Below are positions 18,952 to 28,498 of a DNA stretch of 64,000 nucleotides, piece after piece. Origin of the DNA: Candidatus Cloacimonadota bacterium (GTDB lineage: Bacteria > Cloacimonadota > Cloacimonadia > Cloacimonadales > TCS61); NCBI GenBank assembly GCA_021735645.1, contig JAIPGP010000004.1:3225-67224 (forward strand), given 5' to 3'. Made by a program: the position numbers and the translations under genes. Every line of letters starts with the position of its first letter. Position 1 is the stretch's first letter. The notes beneath the pieces were generated by a model. The model did not search any database, was not told where the DNA came from, and saw nothing but the letters and a program-made list of their open reading frames with translations.

Positions 18952-19866
18952 ATGAAAAAAATTATTCCCTATCTGGCAGTTATACTGGCGATGTTTTTCT
19001 GGTCATTATCTTTTATTGCTATCAAATTTGTTTTCAGATACATGGGTCCTTTCACAATAACCTTTTTAAGGCTCCTGATCGCCTGCCTGATCATGCCGTT
19101 ACTCTATTATTTATTACCGCAGCGTGATGTGATCAAGCGCAGGCATATACCTCATTTTATGCTGCTGGCATTTTTTGAACCTTTTATTTATTTCATTGGA
19201 GAAAGCAACGGTATGCTTTATGTACAGGCTTCGCTGGGAGCTGTGATCATCTCCCTGATTCCCTTGATAACGCCCATATTTGCCTGGTTTCTGATCAAGG
19301 AACCTCTTCATAAATGGGGAATTGCCGGAACAATTATCTCGTTTATGGGCGTGGTGCTAATCGTGATGGAAGTGGATGAAGCAGCTGCCACCTTCAAGGG
19401 TGTGGTTCTGCTCTTTCTCGCTGTATTCGGGGCTGTGGGCTATGGCATCAAGCTGCGTCAGATCGCTATGGAATATAAACCAGTGACGATTGTGATGATG
19501 CAGACAATTTTGGGAATGCTCTATTTTCTGCCTTTATTCCTGATCATCGAAGGTAAAACCTTTTTTGGAGACCTCCCGCCGCTTCAGGCTTTTTATCCAG
19601 TGCTTGGATTAGCTTTGTTTTGTACCTGCGGTTCTTTTTTACTATTTACTTTTGCGATTAAAAAGATAGGTTTAAATAATGCTAATGTATTTAGTAATAT
19701 GATCCCTGTATTTACTGTGATATTAGCATTTATCATCTTGCACGAAGCAGTAAGCCTGCGTAAATCAGCCGGAATATTAATAGTGGTCAGTGGTTTATTC
19801 TTATCTCAGATCCCATCTTTCAGAAAACGAGGTGTCAGCTTGTTAAAGATAAAATCCTTTACATAA
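18952..19866 (+). CDS. EamA/DMT-family permease
   Basis: 304 aa with about 10 TM helices and a duplicated EamA-like layout (FFWSLSFIAIK..., ...FTFAIKKIG). Confidence 0.8.
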   Translation: MKKIIPYLAVILAMFFWSLSFIAIKFVFRYMGPFTITFLRLLIACLIMPLLYYLLPQRDVIKRRHIPHFMLLAFFEPFIYFIGESNGMLYVQASLGAVIISLIPLITPIFAWFLIKEPLHKWGIAGTIISFMGVVLIVMEVDEAAATFKGVVLLFLAVFGAVGYGIKLRQIAMEYKPVTIVMMQTILGMLYFLPLFLIIEGKTFFGDLPPLQAFYPVLGLALFCTCGSFLLFTFAIKKIGLNNANVFSNMIPVFTVILAFIILHEAVSLRKSAGILIVVSGLFLSQIPSFRKRGVSLLKIKSFT

Positions 19867-19932
19867 TAACTACCGGAAATTGTGTAGATTTTTAGATATT
19901 TATGATATATGTGTAAATTGCCAGGAGGTATT

Positions 19933-22482
19933 ATGGCAAATATTAGATTTAAGAAATTTTATGTGAGACCAGCTTTCCCTGATAACCTGAACCCACTACT
20001 GGAACTGGCAAGTAATATCTGGACTACCTGGGATACATCCGCCTATCGTTTGTTTCTGCGGATAGATCCGAAGCTTTTCCGGGAAGAAAATCATAATCCC
20101 ACCAGTATTATTCGTAATATCAGCGAAAACCGGATCAGGGAATTAAGCAATTCAGCAGGTTTTGTGAAAGAACTGGAAACCGTTTACCGGAAATTCAAGG
20201 AATACTTGAGTTTTGAAGGGCAATACATGAAGGAATATGAGAAGAAGCTGAATGTTTCTGAAGACTTTAAAATTGCCTATTTTTCCATGGAATATGGCTT
20301 GCATGAGAGCTTGCCGATCTATTCCGGCGGATTGGGTATTCTTTCCGGTGACCACCTGAAAGGTGCCAGCGATCTGGGTCTGCCGCTATATGGCTTTGGT
20401 CTGCTCTATAAACTGGGTTACTTTAACCAGAGAATAAACCTGGAAGGTATGCAGGAAGAGATTTATGAAGTGAATAACTGGTATACCAAACCAGTGCATA
20501 AACTCCTCAATGAAGATGGCTCGGAAATGATCTTTAAGATATTGCTGGGTAACGAAACCTGCTATATCCAGCCCTGGTGTATCAATGTTGGTAAGATTCC
20601 ACTGTATCTGATGGATACTAATCTCATCCTTAACAAGGATAAATTCCGGCATATCACAGATTACCTGTATGTAACCGACCGTGAAATGAGGCTATTGCAG
20701 GAACTGGTTATTGCCTATGGTTCCGCAGAATTGATGAAACAGCTTAAAATAGTGCCTACAATCTATCATCTGAATGAAGGTCATTCTGCCTTTTTGATCC
20801 TGAAACGGCTCGAAGACCTGATCAATGAGCACAAATACAGCTATGAAGAAGCAGTAGAGCTGATTCATTCCAGCACTGTGTTCACTACTCATACTCCTGT
20901 ACCGGCAGGTAATGAACGCTTTAGCAACGACCTCGTGGAACCTTACCTGAAAGACCACTGTCAGGCTTTTGGTAAAAGTTTTAATGAAATCAAACAACTG
21001 GCAGCTGAGCAGGATAGGGAAAACCAGTTTTCACTTTCTGTACTTGCTATCCGTTTTAGTAATTACATAAATGGAGTTTCCAAACTACACAGTGAAGTTT
21101 CCAAAGAAATGTGGTCATCTATCTATCCCGGGGTCACTAAGCAGGAAATGCCCATCCATGGTATCACCAATGGTGTGCATATTCAAACCTGGCTTGGACC
21201 TCAGCTTGTGGAACTTTTTGACCGCTATGTAGGAACGGGCTATCAGCATTTAGCCGAAGAGAAATCAGTTTGGGAAAATGTATATTCCATCCCCGATACA
21301 GAGATATGGGAAGCACACATGCAGCGTAAGCAACAATTGATCAGCTATATCAATAAAAGGCTGGAAAAGTCTCTTATCTATAAAAATGATCTGAAGCTCT
21401 TTCACCAGGGACGCAGTCTGGTTCTGGACGCTTCACATCTCCTGATTGGCTTTGCCAGAAGATTTGCACCCTACAAAAGAGCAAACCTGATACTGCGTAA
21501 CCCGGAACGTCTTTTGAAACTGCTTAATCATCCCACCCATCCTGTTCAATTTGTCTTCGCTGGCAAAGCACATCCGGCAGATGATAAAGGTAAAGAACTG
21601 ATCAAAAAGATTATTGAATTTGCCCGTGAGCACGACGTGCAGGATAAATTCATCTTTTTGGAAGATTATAATATTGATCTCGCCCGGCATTTAGTTCAGG
21701 GCGTAGATGTCTGGCTGAATAATCCCATCAAACCTTTGGAAGCAAGTGGAACTTCGGGCATGAAAGCCGGTATGAATGGCGTTTTGAACCTGAGCGTACT
21801 GGATGGCTGGTGGCCAGAATGTTATGACGGTGAAAATGGCTGGGCTCTGGAAGCCGGAGAAAATATCCAGGATCAGGAACTGAGGGATAGAATGGAAGCC
21901 GAAGAACTGTATTATATGCTGGAAAATGAAATTGCACCTTTGTATTATACCCGAAACAAAAATGGCTATCCTTCTGTCTGGATCAGCAAAATGATCAATT
22001 CCATCTACTCGGTTGGCAGAGGTTTTAATATGCACCGCATGCTGCGGGAATATGTGAATGATTTCTATCTGCCGGGTTCTCTTTATTCCAAAATACTCAA
22101 TCAGGATAATCAGAAGTGCCTGCTGGAACTGGTTGCGCTCAAAGATACTCTAACAAAGAGCTGGAATGACGTACGGATTTCTGATCTTAAACTGGATTTA
22201 CATGAAAATGCTATAGTACTGAGCGGACAAAAAATACCAGTTACTGCGACTGCCTTTTTAAACGGCTTAGATGACGATCTGCTGGAATGCGAAATTTATT
22301 ATAAATACGACGATAAATTCGCGATAGCTTCTCTCAGGAAAACCCGCACTGAAGGTGAATTTACTATTTTTGAAGGTAATATTAAAATTATTGGCTCTGG
22401 TATCCAGTACTTTAATGCCAGACTGAAACCAAGACCATACCTTTTCCGTGATTTCCCCCATCTGGTGAAATGGTATTATTAA
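19933..22482 (+). CDS. glgP: alpha-glucan (glycogen/maltodextrin) phosphorylase, GT35
   Basis: The start is chosen at the ATG preceded by AGGAGG (the track ORF begins at 19909). Motifs: YFSMEYGLHESLPIYSGGLGILSGDH, HLNEGHSAF, and EASGTSGMKAGMNG containing the PLP lysine. Confidence 0.9.
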   Translation: MANIRFKKFYVRPAFPDNLNPLLELASNIWTTWDTSAYRLFLRIDPKLFREENHNPTSIIRNISENRIRELSNSAGFVKELETVYRKFKEYLSFEGQYMKEYEKKLNVSEDFKIAYFSMEYGLHESLPIYSGGLGILSGDHLKGASDLGLPLYGFGLLYKLGYFNQRINLEGMQEEIYEVNNWYTKPVHKLLNEDGSEMIFKILLGNETCYIQPWCINVGKIPLYLMDTNLILNKDKFRHITDYLYVTDREMRLLQELVIAYGSAELMKQLKIVPTIYHLNEGHSAFLILKRLEDLINEHKYSYEEAVELIHSSTVFTTHTPVPAGNERFSNDLVEPYLKDHCQAFGKSFNEIKQLAAEQDRENQFSLSVLAIRFSNYINGVSKLHSEVSKEMWSSIYPGVTKQEMPIHGITNGVHIQTWLGPQLVELFDRYVGTGYQHLAEEKSVWENVYSIPDTEIWEAHMQRKQQLISYINKRLEKSLIYKNDLKLFHQGRSLVLDASHLLIGFARRFAPYKRANLILRNPERLLKLLNHPTHPVQFVFAGKAHPADDKGKELIKKIIEFAREHDVQDKFIFLEDYNIDLARHLVQGVDVWLNNPIKPLEASGTSGMKAGMNGVLNLSVLDGWWPECYDGENGWALEAGENIQDQELRDRMEAEELYYMLENEIAPLYYTRNKNGYPSVWISKMINSIYSVGRGFNMHRMLREYVNDFYLPGSLYSKILNQDNQKCLLELVALKDTLTKSWNDVRISDLKLDLHENAIVLSGQKIPVTATAFLNGLDDDLLECEIYYKYDDKFAIASLRKTRTEGEFTIFEGNIKIIGSGIQYFNARLKPRPYLFRDFPHLVKWYY

Positions 22483-22509
22483 GCCCAAAGGAACAGCTAA
22501 CGCTTATAT

Positions 22510-25500
22510 ATGAAAACAATAAATAGTAACTCACGGCAGGGTTTGGCAGTTAACCGCACTCTGCCATTCATAAAAAAAATCCCTGACTACCGCTTTTCCA
22601 GCTATGGCAAACTCACTAATGCCAATACTCCTGATATGCTGCATACCGTGCAGATATTAAACGAGAATATTTCGCCCCAGGATGAGCTCCTCAGCGCTGG
22701 AAATTTAAAAGCAATTATCTCTCTCGCAGAAATGACTCTTCAGGTGATTCAAAACTACATTAAGAAGTATTCTCCGACTCTGCTGACTGATATCCACGCC
22801 TATCTGAAATCTTCACAGGGTCTTAATAGCTACTACCAGTTTCTGGAACTCTATAGAACTCACTTCCTCAATCTCGACTTTCAACGTGAAAGTGAAGATC
22901 ATGCTCACTACCTGCTGCAGGAAATTATCATTAACTGGCTGAATAACCTGAATCCTGCCTATAAACCTTATTACCCAATATTTGATAATTCCAGGTTTTT
23001 TAAAGATAGTGGAAATACGGTGATCATGCAGGAGATTATAAATTGCCTTCAGAAAGAGCATACGAATCCTGATGATGAAGATTATAGCAAAAAATCGCTC
23101 TATTCAATCCTGAGAGAACCTTCTCTCAGATTTCCTGATTCCATCAAAGCTCAACTGGAGTATGTGCTGGAAAGCTGGAATGAATATCTGGATGATAAAA
23201 CTGCTCTCCTGCAGGCTCTCGATCTCATCAGAGAGGAAGAGAAACATTTCTCTGGCGAATTTCCACCTCCGCAACCTCTTGAATATATTTTTGACAGTGA
23301 TATGGAATCTGAGGAATACTACTCGGAAGATTCTAACTGGATGACTTCTCTGGTGCTCTTAGCCAAAAGCACCTATGTCTGGCTGCATCAGCTTTCTCTT
23401 AAATACGGCTATTCCATCACTAATCTGGCTGATATTCCCGACCGTGAACTGGAAATTATGCAGAAAAGAGGAATTACAGGACTTTGGCTGATCGGCATCT
23501 GGCAGAGAAGCCGTGCCTCCCGTAAAATTAAAAGCAGGAATGGTGATCTGCAGGCTATCGCCTCCGCTTATTCACTGGAAAGCTATAACATTGCTGAAGA
23601 ACTGGGAGGTATTAATGCCTGGGATAACCTGACTGCCCGAGCCAGAAAATATGGCATCAGGCTCGGTTGCGATATGGTGCCAAACCATACAGGTATCGAC
23701 TCTGACTGGATTATTTATCATCCGGACTGGTTTTTGCAGGTTGATTATCCACCCTTTCACTCATATTATTTTACCGGAGAAAACCTTTTATCGCATCCCG
23801 AAGTGGAAGTGAGAATAGAAGACCATTATTACGCCAAAACCGATGCAGCAGTTGTCTTTGAATTATATGATAAAAGAACTAAAAAACGTAGATATATCTA
23901 TCATGGCAACGACGGCACCGGCTTACCCTGGAATGATACCGCTCAACTGGATTATACCCTCAATGAGGTGCGTCAGGCTGTTCTACAGGAAATCATTCAA
24001 ATTGCCAGAAAAATACCTATAATTCGCTTTGACGCTGCTATGACACTGGCAAAAAAACACTTCCAGAGATTGTGGTTCCCTGCTCCGGGCAAAGGTGGTG
24101 ATATTCCTTCCCGCAGTGATTATAGCTTGAGTAAAACAGAATTTGACGCAGTATTCCCCCGCGAATTCTGGCGTGACGTGGTAGATGCCATTGCTGTCGA
24201 AGCTCCGGATACTCTGCTCCTGGCTGAAGCGTTCTGGATGATGGAAGGCTATTTTGTCCGTAACCTGGGAATGCACCGCGTCTATAATAGTGCCTTTATG
24301 CACATGATGATGCGGGAAGATAATTCTGCCTTCCGCCAGACAATTAATAACACTATCGAATATGACCGCCGTATCCTGAAACGCTATGTGAATTTTATGA
24401 GCAATCCTGATGAAGATACTGCCATAGCTCAGTTTGGCGATGATGATAAATACTTTGGCGTTTGCGTGATCATGTGCACTCTGCCGGGACTGCCTATGTT
24501 TGGTCATGGTCAGATCGAAGGCTTGCACGAAAAATATGGCATGGAATTTGCCTCTCCCAGAATTTTGGAAACAGAAAACCGCTATCTGGTTAGACGGCAT
24601 GAACGGGAAATTTTCCCGCTGCTCAAGAAACGCAAGATATTTGCCGAAGCTGATAATTTCCAGCTCTTGGATTTCCGGGATAATGCCGGACAGATCAATG
24701 AAAATGTCCTGGCGTATTATAATAATAACGCGAACAAACACTCCCTGGTATTTTACAATAATAGTTTTCAGCAGACAGCAGGCAGCATTCTGGCAGCCGG
24801 TGATAAATCTCTGGGCGAACTGCTCAACCTGCAGTATGGTCCCGACAGGTTCATCATGTATAAAGATATGATCTCCCGTCAGGAATATATCCGCAAATGT
24901 GACGAAGTACTCACCAGCGGCTTAGACCTGCCTCTGAATGGTTATGAATACCATGTATTTACTGATTTCAAAGAAATGAAAGATAATGAGGAACATAAAC
25001 TCAGCATGGTCTATATGCAACTTGCCAAAAATGGCACTGACAGTATAGAAAATATGCGAAAAAGAATCTTCCTGCGCCCTCTGCATGAGAAGCTGAAAAA
25101 ACTCTTTTCTTATGGTATGATCTCTAACCAGGAATTGATGATCAGCGGACAACTAAAAGACAGCCAGGAACGTAAATTCTTCCTTAAAAATGAACTTTTC
25201 CCCGCTGTTATTGAATTTCATACCACCATTATGGAACTGGAAAATTTCATTCCCTGGACAGAAAAAAAACTTAAAAATAATACCCTGGCTCTCTTTAAAT
25301 TTGCCGAAACTGCTCTGATTAGACATAAACCCGCTTTTGAAATATTTCCGCCCAGTTGCCTGATTGCTGCTTGGACTTTGTTCCATGAAATTAATATCAG
25401 AGCCCGGGAGAATAATAAGAAGCTGTCTGAACTGGTCGAAAAATACCTGCTTAATGAACCGCTGCTGCAGATATTCGCCAGCCGCTGCCATAATCTGGAA

Positions 25501-25842
25501 GCCAATCAGTGCCTTGCCATTGTATATTCCTGCCTCAAATACGAAACTTTAGGACAGGACATCACTTCTGCCAGCTGTCAGCCTCTGGCTCAGGTACTCA
25601 AAGATGATGATGTAAAAAAAATCATCCAGCTCCATGAATATAACAATGTTCAATGGTTCAGAAAAGAAGCCTTTGAAACTTTATTTTATACCCTGGAAAT
25701 TGTTATCCGCATCAATCGCGCTGCCTTCAGCAGAACAAAATTGCTGGCTGACCTGAAAAAAATCAGTGCCTGCTTTGCCGCTATCTATCAGCTGGCTGCA
25801 GAATCTGGCTATAATTACGATAAATTAATGGCATCACTATGA
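22510..25842 (+). CDS. large alpha-amylase-family (GH13-like) protein with long N- and C-terminal extensions
   Basis: 1110 aa. GH13-like conserved regions CDMVPNHTG, IIRFDAAMTL, LLLAEAFW and FMSNPDED lie in the central third. The flanking ~300 and ~350 aa are not recognised. Confidence 0.7.
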   Translation: MKTINSNSRQGLAVNRTLPFIKKIPDYRFSSYGKLTNANTPDMLHTVQILNENISPQDELLSAGNLKAIISLAEMTLQVIQNYIKKYSPTLLTDIHAYLKSSQGLNSYYQFLELYRTHFLNLDFQRESEDHAHYLLQEIIINWLNNLNPAYKPYYPIFDNSRFFKDSGNTVIMQEIINCLQKEHTNPDDEDYSKKSLYSILREPSLRFPDSIKAQLEYVLESWNEYLDDKTALLQALDLIREEEKHFSGEFPPPQPLEYIFDSDMESEEYYSEDSNWMTSLVLLAKSTYVWLHQLSLKYGYSITNLADIPDRELEIMQKRGITGLWLIGIWQRSRASRKIKSRNGDLQAIASAYSLESYNIAEELGGINAWDNLTARARKYGIRLGCDMVPNHTGIDSDWIIYHPDWFLQVDYPPFHSYYFTGENLLSHPEVEVRIEDHYYAKTDAAVVFELYDKRTKKRRYIYHGNDGTGLPWNDTAQLDYTLNEVRQAVLQEIIQIARKIPIIRFDAAMTLAKKHFQRLWFPAPGKGGDIPSRSDYSLSKTEFDAVFPREFWRDVVDAIAVEAPDTLLLAEAFWMMEGYFVRNLGMHRVYNSAFMHMMMREDNSAFRQTINNTIEYDRRILKRYVNFMSNPDEDTAIAQFGDDDKYFGVCVIMCTLPGLPMFGHGQIEGLHEKYGMEFASPRILETENRYLVRRHEREIFPLLKKRKIFAEADNFQLLDFRDNAGQINENVLAYYNNNANKHSLVFYNNSFQQTAGSILAAGDKSLGELLNLQYGPDRFIMYKDMISRQEYIRKCDEVLTSGLDLPLNGYEYHVFTDFKEMKDNEEHKLSMVYMQLAKNGTDSIENMRKRIFLRPLHEKLKKLFSYGMISNQELMISGQLKDSQERKFFLKNELFPAVIEFHTTIMELENFIPWTEKKLKNNTLALFKFAETALIRHKPAFEIFPPSCLIAAWTLFHEINIRARENNKKLSELVEKYLLNEPLLQIFASRCHNLEANQCLAIVYSCLKYETLGQDITSASCQPLAQVLKDDDVKKIIQLHEYNNVQWFRKEAFETLFYTLEIVIRINRAAFSRTKLLADLKKISACFAAIYQLAAESGYNYDKLMASL

Positions 25843-25862
25843 TCAAAGATAAGGGAGGCGTT

Positions 25863-27413
25863 ATGCCTGGCAAAGATATTGATCTTGAATTTAAAAATAC
25901 CGTTACCAAGCACAAAAAACCGCGAATTCTGATCTGTACACCCGAAATCACTGAATTACCTGAAGGTATGGGAAATGCTGCTAACCTGATAGCTGCTAAA
26001 GGCGGTGGACTGGGTGACATCTCAGCCAGCCTGGTTAAATATTTCAGCGATGCTGATAAATACGATATCCACGTGGTCATTCCCAAATACGACAGCTGCA
26101 TCAAACATCTGGCTGATATCACAAACCGTCAGATTGATCGCCTCACTCTCGTTCTGAGAGGCAAAGGAATTCACCTGGTTAATGACAGCGCCTTCGCACA
26201 TCTACATAATCCCTACGAAGATAACAAAGTTCATTCTCGTGTCAGACGAGCCCTGGCTTTTCAAAGATATATCGTTAATGACCTGATTGACTGGATTCAA
26301 CCTGATGTGATACATTGTAATGACTGGATGACTGCTTTAATTCCGTCTGCTGCCAGAGCTAAAGGCGTGAAAACACTCTTCACTCTCCATAATTTTTTCA
26401 CCGAATTGCAAACGCCAAAGCAAATTGAACTCTCTGGATTGAAACCCTATGACTTTGGTGAATATCTATATTTTGAGAAATTCCCTGAAAACCTCCGAAA
26501 CAGGTGGGAAGAAAATTTTGATTCTAACCATGTGGATTTCACTGCCAGTGCCATTTTCGCCTGTGACCACTTTAACACTGTAAGTCCCACATTTCTGGAG
26601 GAACTGGTTGCTGGTAAATTCTCTTCCTTAGTCCCTGATTCTATTTTCCGCACTATCCGCGATAAATACTCTCAAGGAACAGCTACCGGGATCATTAATG
26701 CCCCAAATATGCACATAAACCCCAGACTAATGTCTCATATTGTTAATTACAGCCGCTCAAATGTCATAAAAGGTAAAGCTGTTAATAAGGAAAATTTCCA
26801 AAGAAAAATGGGCTTGCCAATTGAACCGGATACTCCCTTATTCTTCTGGCCAAACCGACTCTTCTTTCAAAAAGCTCCTGACCTGCTCCTGGATAATATT
26901 GCCTATTTCTTCTCACGCTATAATATCCAGATTGCAATAGTTGCTAATGGTGACGCTGAATTGGAACACCAAGCTATTAAACTCTCTGGTAAATACCAAC
27001 AGTTTGCCTATAAACCATTTGATGAATCTCTCAGTAGTTTAGGTAAAGCTGCTGCTGATTTCATTCTAATGCCTTCCCGTTATGAGCCCTGCGGCTTGCC
27101 CCAGATGGAAGCTCCCAAATTTGGTACTCTCCCGGTTGTTCATGCTACCGGCGGATTGGCAGACACTATCAGACAGCTTGATGTCTCGCAAAACACCGGA
27201 AATGGCTTCCTGTTCAAACTTAATGATAAAATAGGTCTGGAATACGGAATTGTGGAAGCACTTAAATTTTATCAATTACCTTTAGCTGACAGAGAATCTC
27301 AAATCCAGCGCATCATGACAGAATCAGAACGGGATTTTAACCTGGAAGCTACTGCCATTAGTTATATGGAAATCTATGACCGCCTGATTGAACAAACCCG
27401 TGTTGCAAAATAA
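25863..27413 (+). CDS. glgA: glycogen/starch synthase, GT5
   Basis: The start is chosen at the ATG preceded by AAGGGAGG (the track ORF starts at 25839, overlapping the upstream stop). KGGGLGD N-terminal motif. C-terminal MPSRYEPCGLPQMEAPKFGTLPVVHATGGLADTI. Confidence 0.85.
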   Translation: MPGKDIDLEFKNTVTKHKKPRILICTPEITELPEGMGNAANLIAAKGGGLGDISASLVKYFSDADKYDIHVVIPKYDSCIKHLADITNRQIDRLTLVLRGKGIHLVNDSAFAHLHNPYEDNKVHSRVRRALAFQRYIVNDLIDWIQPDVIHCNDWMTALIPSAARAKGVKTLFTLHNFFTELQTPKQIELSGLKPYDFGEYLYFEKFPENLRNRWEENFDSNHVDFTASAIFACDHFNTVSPTFLEELVAGKFSSLVPDSIFRTIRDKYSQGTATGIINAPNMHINPRLMSHIVNYSRSNVIKGKAVNKENFQRKMGLPIEPDTPLFFWPNRLFFQKAPDLLLDNIAYFFSRYNIQIAIVANGDAELEHQAIKLSGKYQQFAYKPFDESLSSLGKAAADFILMPSRYEPCGLPQMEAPKFGTLPVVHATGGLADTIRQLDVSQNTGNGFLFKLNDKIGLEYGIVEALKFYQLPLADRESQIQRIMTESERDFNLEATAISYMEIYDRLIEQTRVAK

Positions 27414-27436
27414 TCTAATAATTAGAGGGTAAAAGT

Positions 27437-28339
27437 ATGCCGGATAAATGGTTCTTTATTGTTAATTCCACAGCGGGTAACGGCAAAACAGGCAAGAAAA
27501 TAAATACTCTCATCAATCTGCTCAACCAGCATAACTTTGATTTCCAAATCGAACTCACCCGCTACACCAAACATGCTATCGAATTAGCTCAAGTAGCCTG
27601 TCTGGAAGGTTTCAAAAATATCATTGCTGTAGGCGGTGACGGCACTGTCAGTGAAGTTGCTGCCGGGATTGCACGTTCCGGCTTGGCTGATCAGGTGAAT
27701 TTCAGCGTTATCCCTGAAGGTGGTGGCAATGATTTCTGTAAGAATTTCCACTTGAGCCACAATATCGAAAAATGCCTTACTCAATTGATTAACGGCAAGC
27801 TCATGAAAATTGATATCGCTGCTTTTGAAGACCAGTTCTTCGTTAATTCCTTTGGGATTGGCTTTGATGCCCAGACTGCTGCCCAGGCAAATAAAATTAA
27901 ATTCCTCAATGGTCTCCCCCGCTACCTGCTCGCTATCGCCGCTGCCCTCCTGAAATATCGCAATTTTCCCCTGAAAATCATTATTGATGATAAGGAAGTG
28001 CTCTCAGGAAAATTCCTCCTGGTTGCCATTGGTAATGGTAAGTACGCCGGTGGAGGTTTCAAACTTAATCCCAATGCTCTGGTTAATGATGATTTCCTGG
28101 ATGTAATGCTCGCTCGTGATGTCACCCTTATGCGCATCTTCAAAGTCCTGCCCAAAGCTATCGAAGGTACTCACGAAGCTGAACCGGAAGTAAGCTTTCA
28201 CCGCTGCCGCAAAATTGAAATTATCTCTGAGTGCGATTTGCCAGTATATTATGATGGCGAAATACCTCAGCTAAAAAACTGTAAACACCTCACCATCCAG
28301 ATAGCACCCCAAAAACTGAATTTCATCGCCCCCAGATAG
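27437..28339 (+). CDS. diacylglycerol/lipid kinase family protein (YegS/BmrU-like)
   Basis: 300 aa. IIAVGGDGTVSEV catalytic-domain motif and the N-terminal FFIVNSTAGNGK pattern. Confidence 0.8.
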   Translation: MPDKWFFIVNSTAGNGKTGKKINTLINLLNQHNFDFQIELTRYTKHAIELAQVACLEGFKNIIAVGGDGTVSEVAAGIARSGLADQVNFSVIPEGGGNDFCKNFHLSHNIEKCLTQLINGKLMKIDIAAFEDQFFVNSFGIGFDAQTAAQANKIKFLNGLPRYLLAIAAALLKYRNFPLKIIIDDKEVLSGKFLLVAIGNGKYAGGGFKLNPNALVNDDFLDVMLARDVTLMRIFKVLPKAIEGTHEAEPEVSFHRCRKIEIISECDLPVYYDGEIPQLKNCKHLTIQIAPQKLNFIAPR

Positions 28340-28448
28340 TATTGGTACTTTTAATTTGACAAATTGTAGATAATTAAGCTGATTTGTACTTAGATTTATT
28401 AAATTTATTGAACTGAATAATATTAACAGGAAGGTGCCAGGATTCTTT

Positions 28449-28476
28449 GTTGACTGATATTTTTTATCTTTATAAT
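28449..28476 (+). promoter_or_regulatory. sigma70-like promoter of the serpin gene
   Basis: TTGACT (28449-28454), a 16-nt spacer, then TATAAT (28471-28476). GGAGG at 28489-28493 and ATG at 28499. Confidence 0.5.
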
Positions 28477-28498
28477 TCTCTATATTTTTGGAGGAAAC

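Noticed and set aside
23983-24741. 252-aa antisense ORF inside the GH13-like gene
   Set aside because: It lies fully inside a CDS with clear GH13 motifs. It has no SD and a low-complexity, I/F-rich translation typical of the antisense frame of AT-rich genes.
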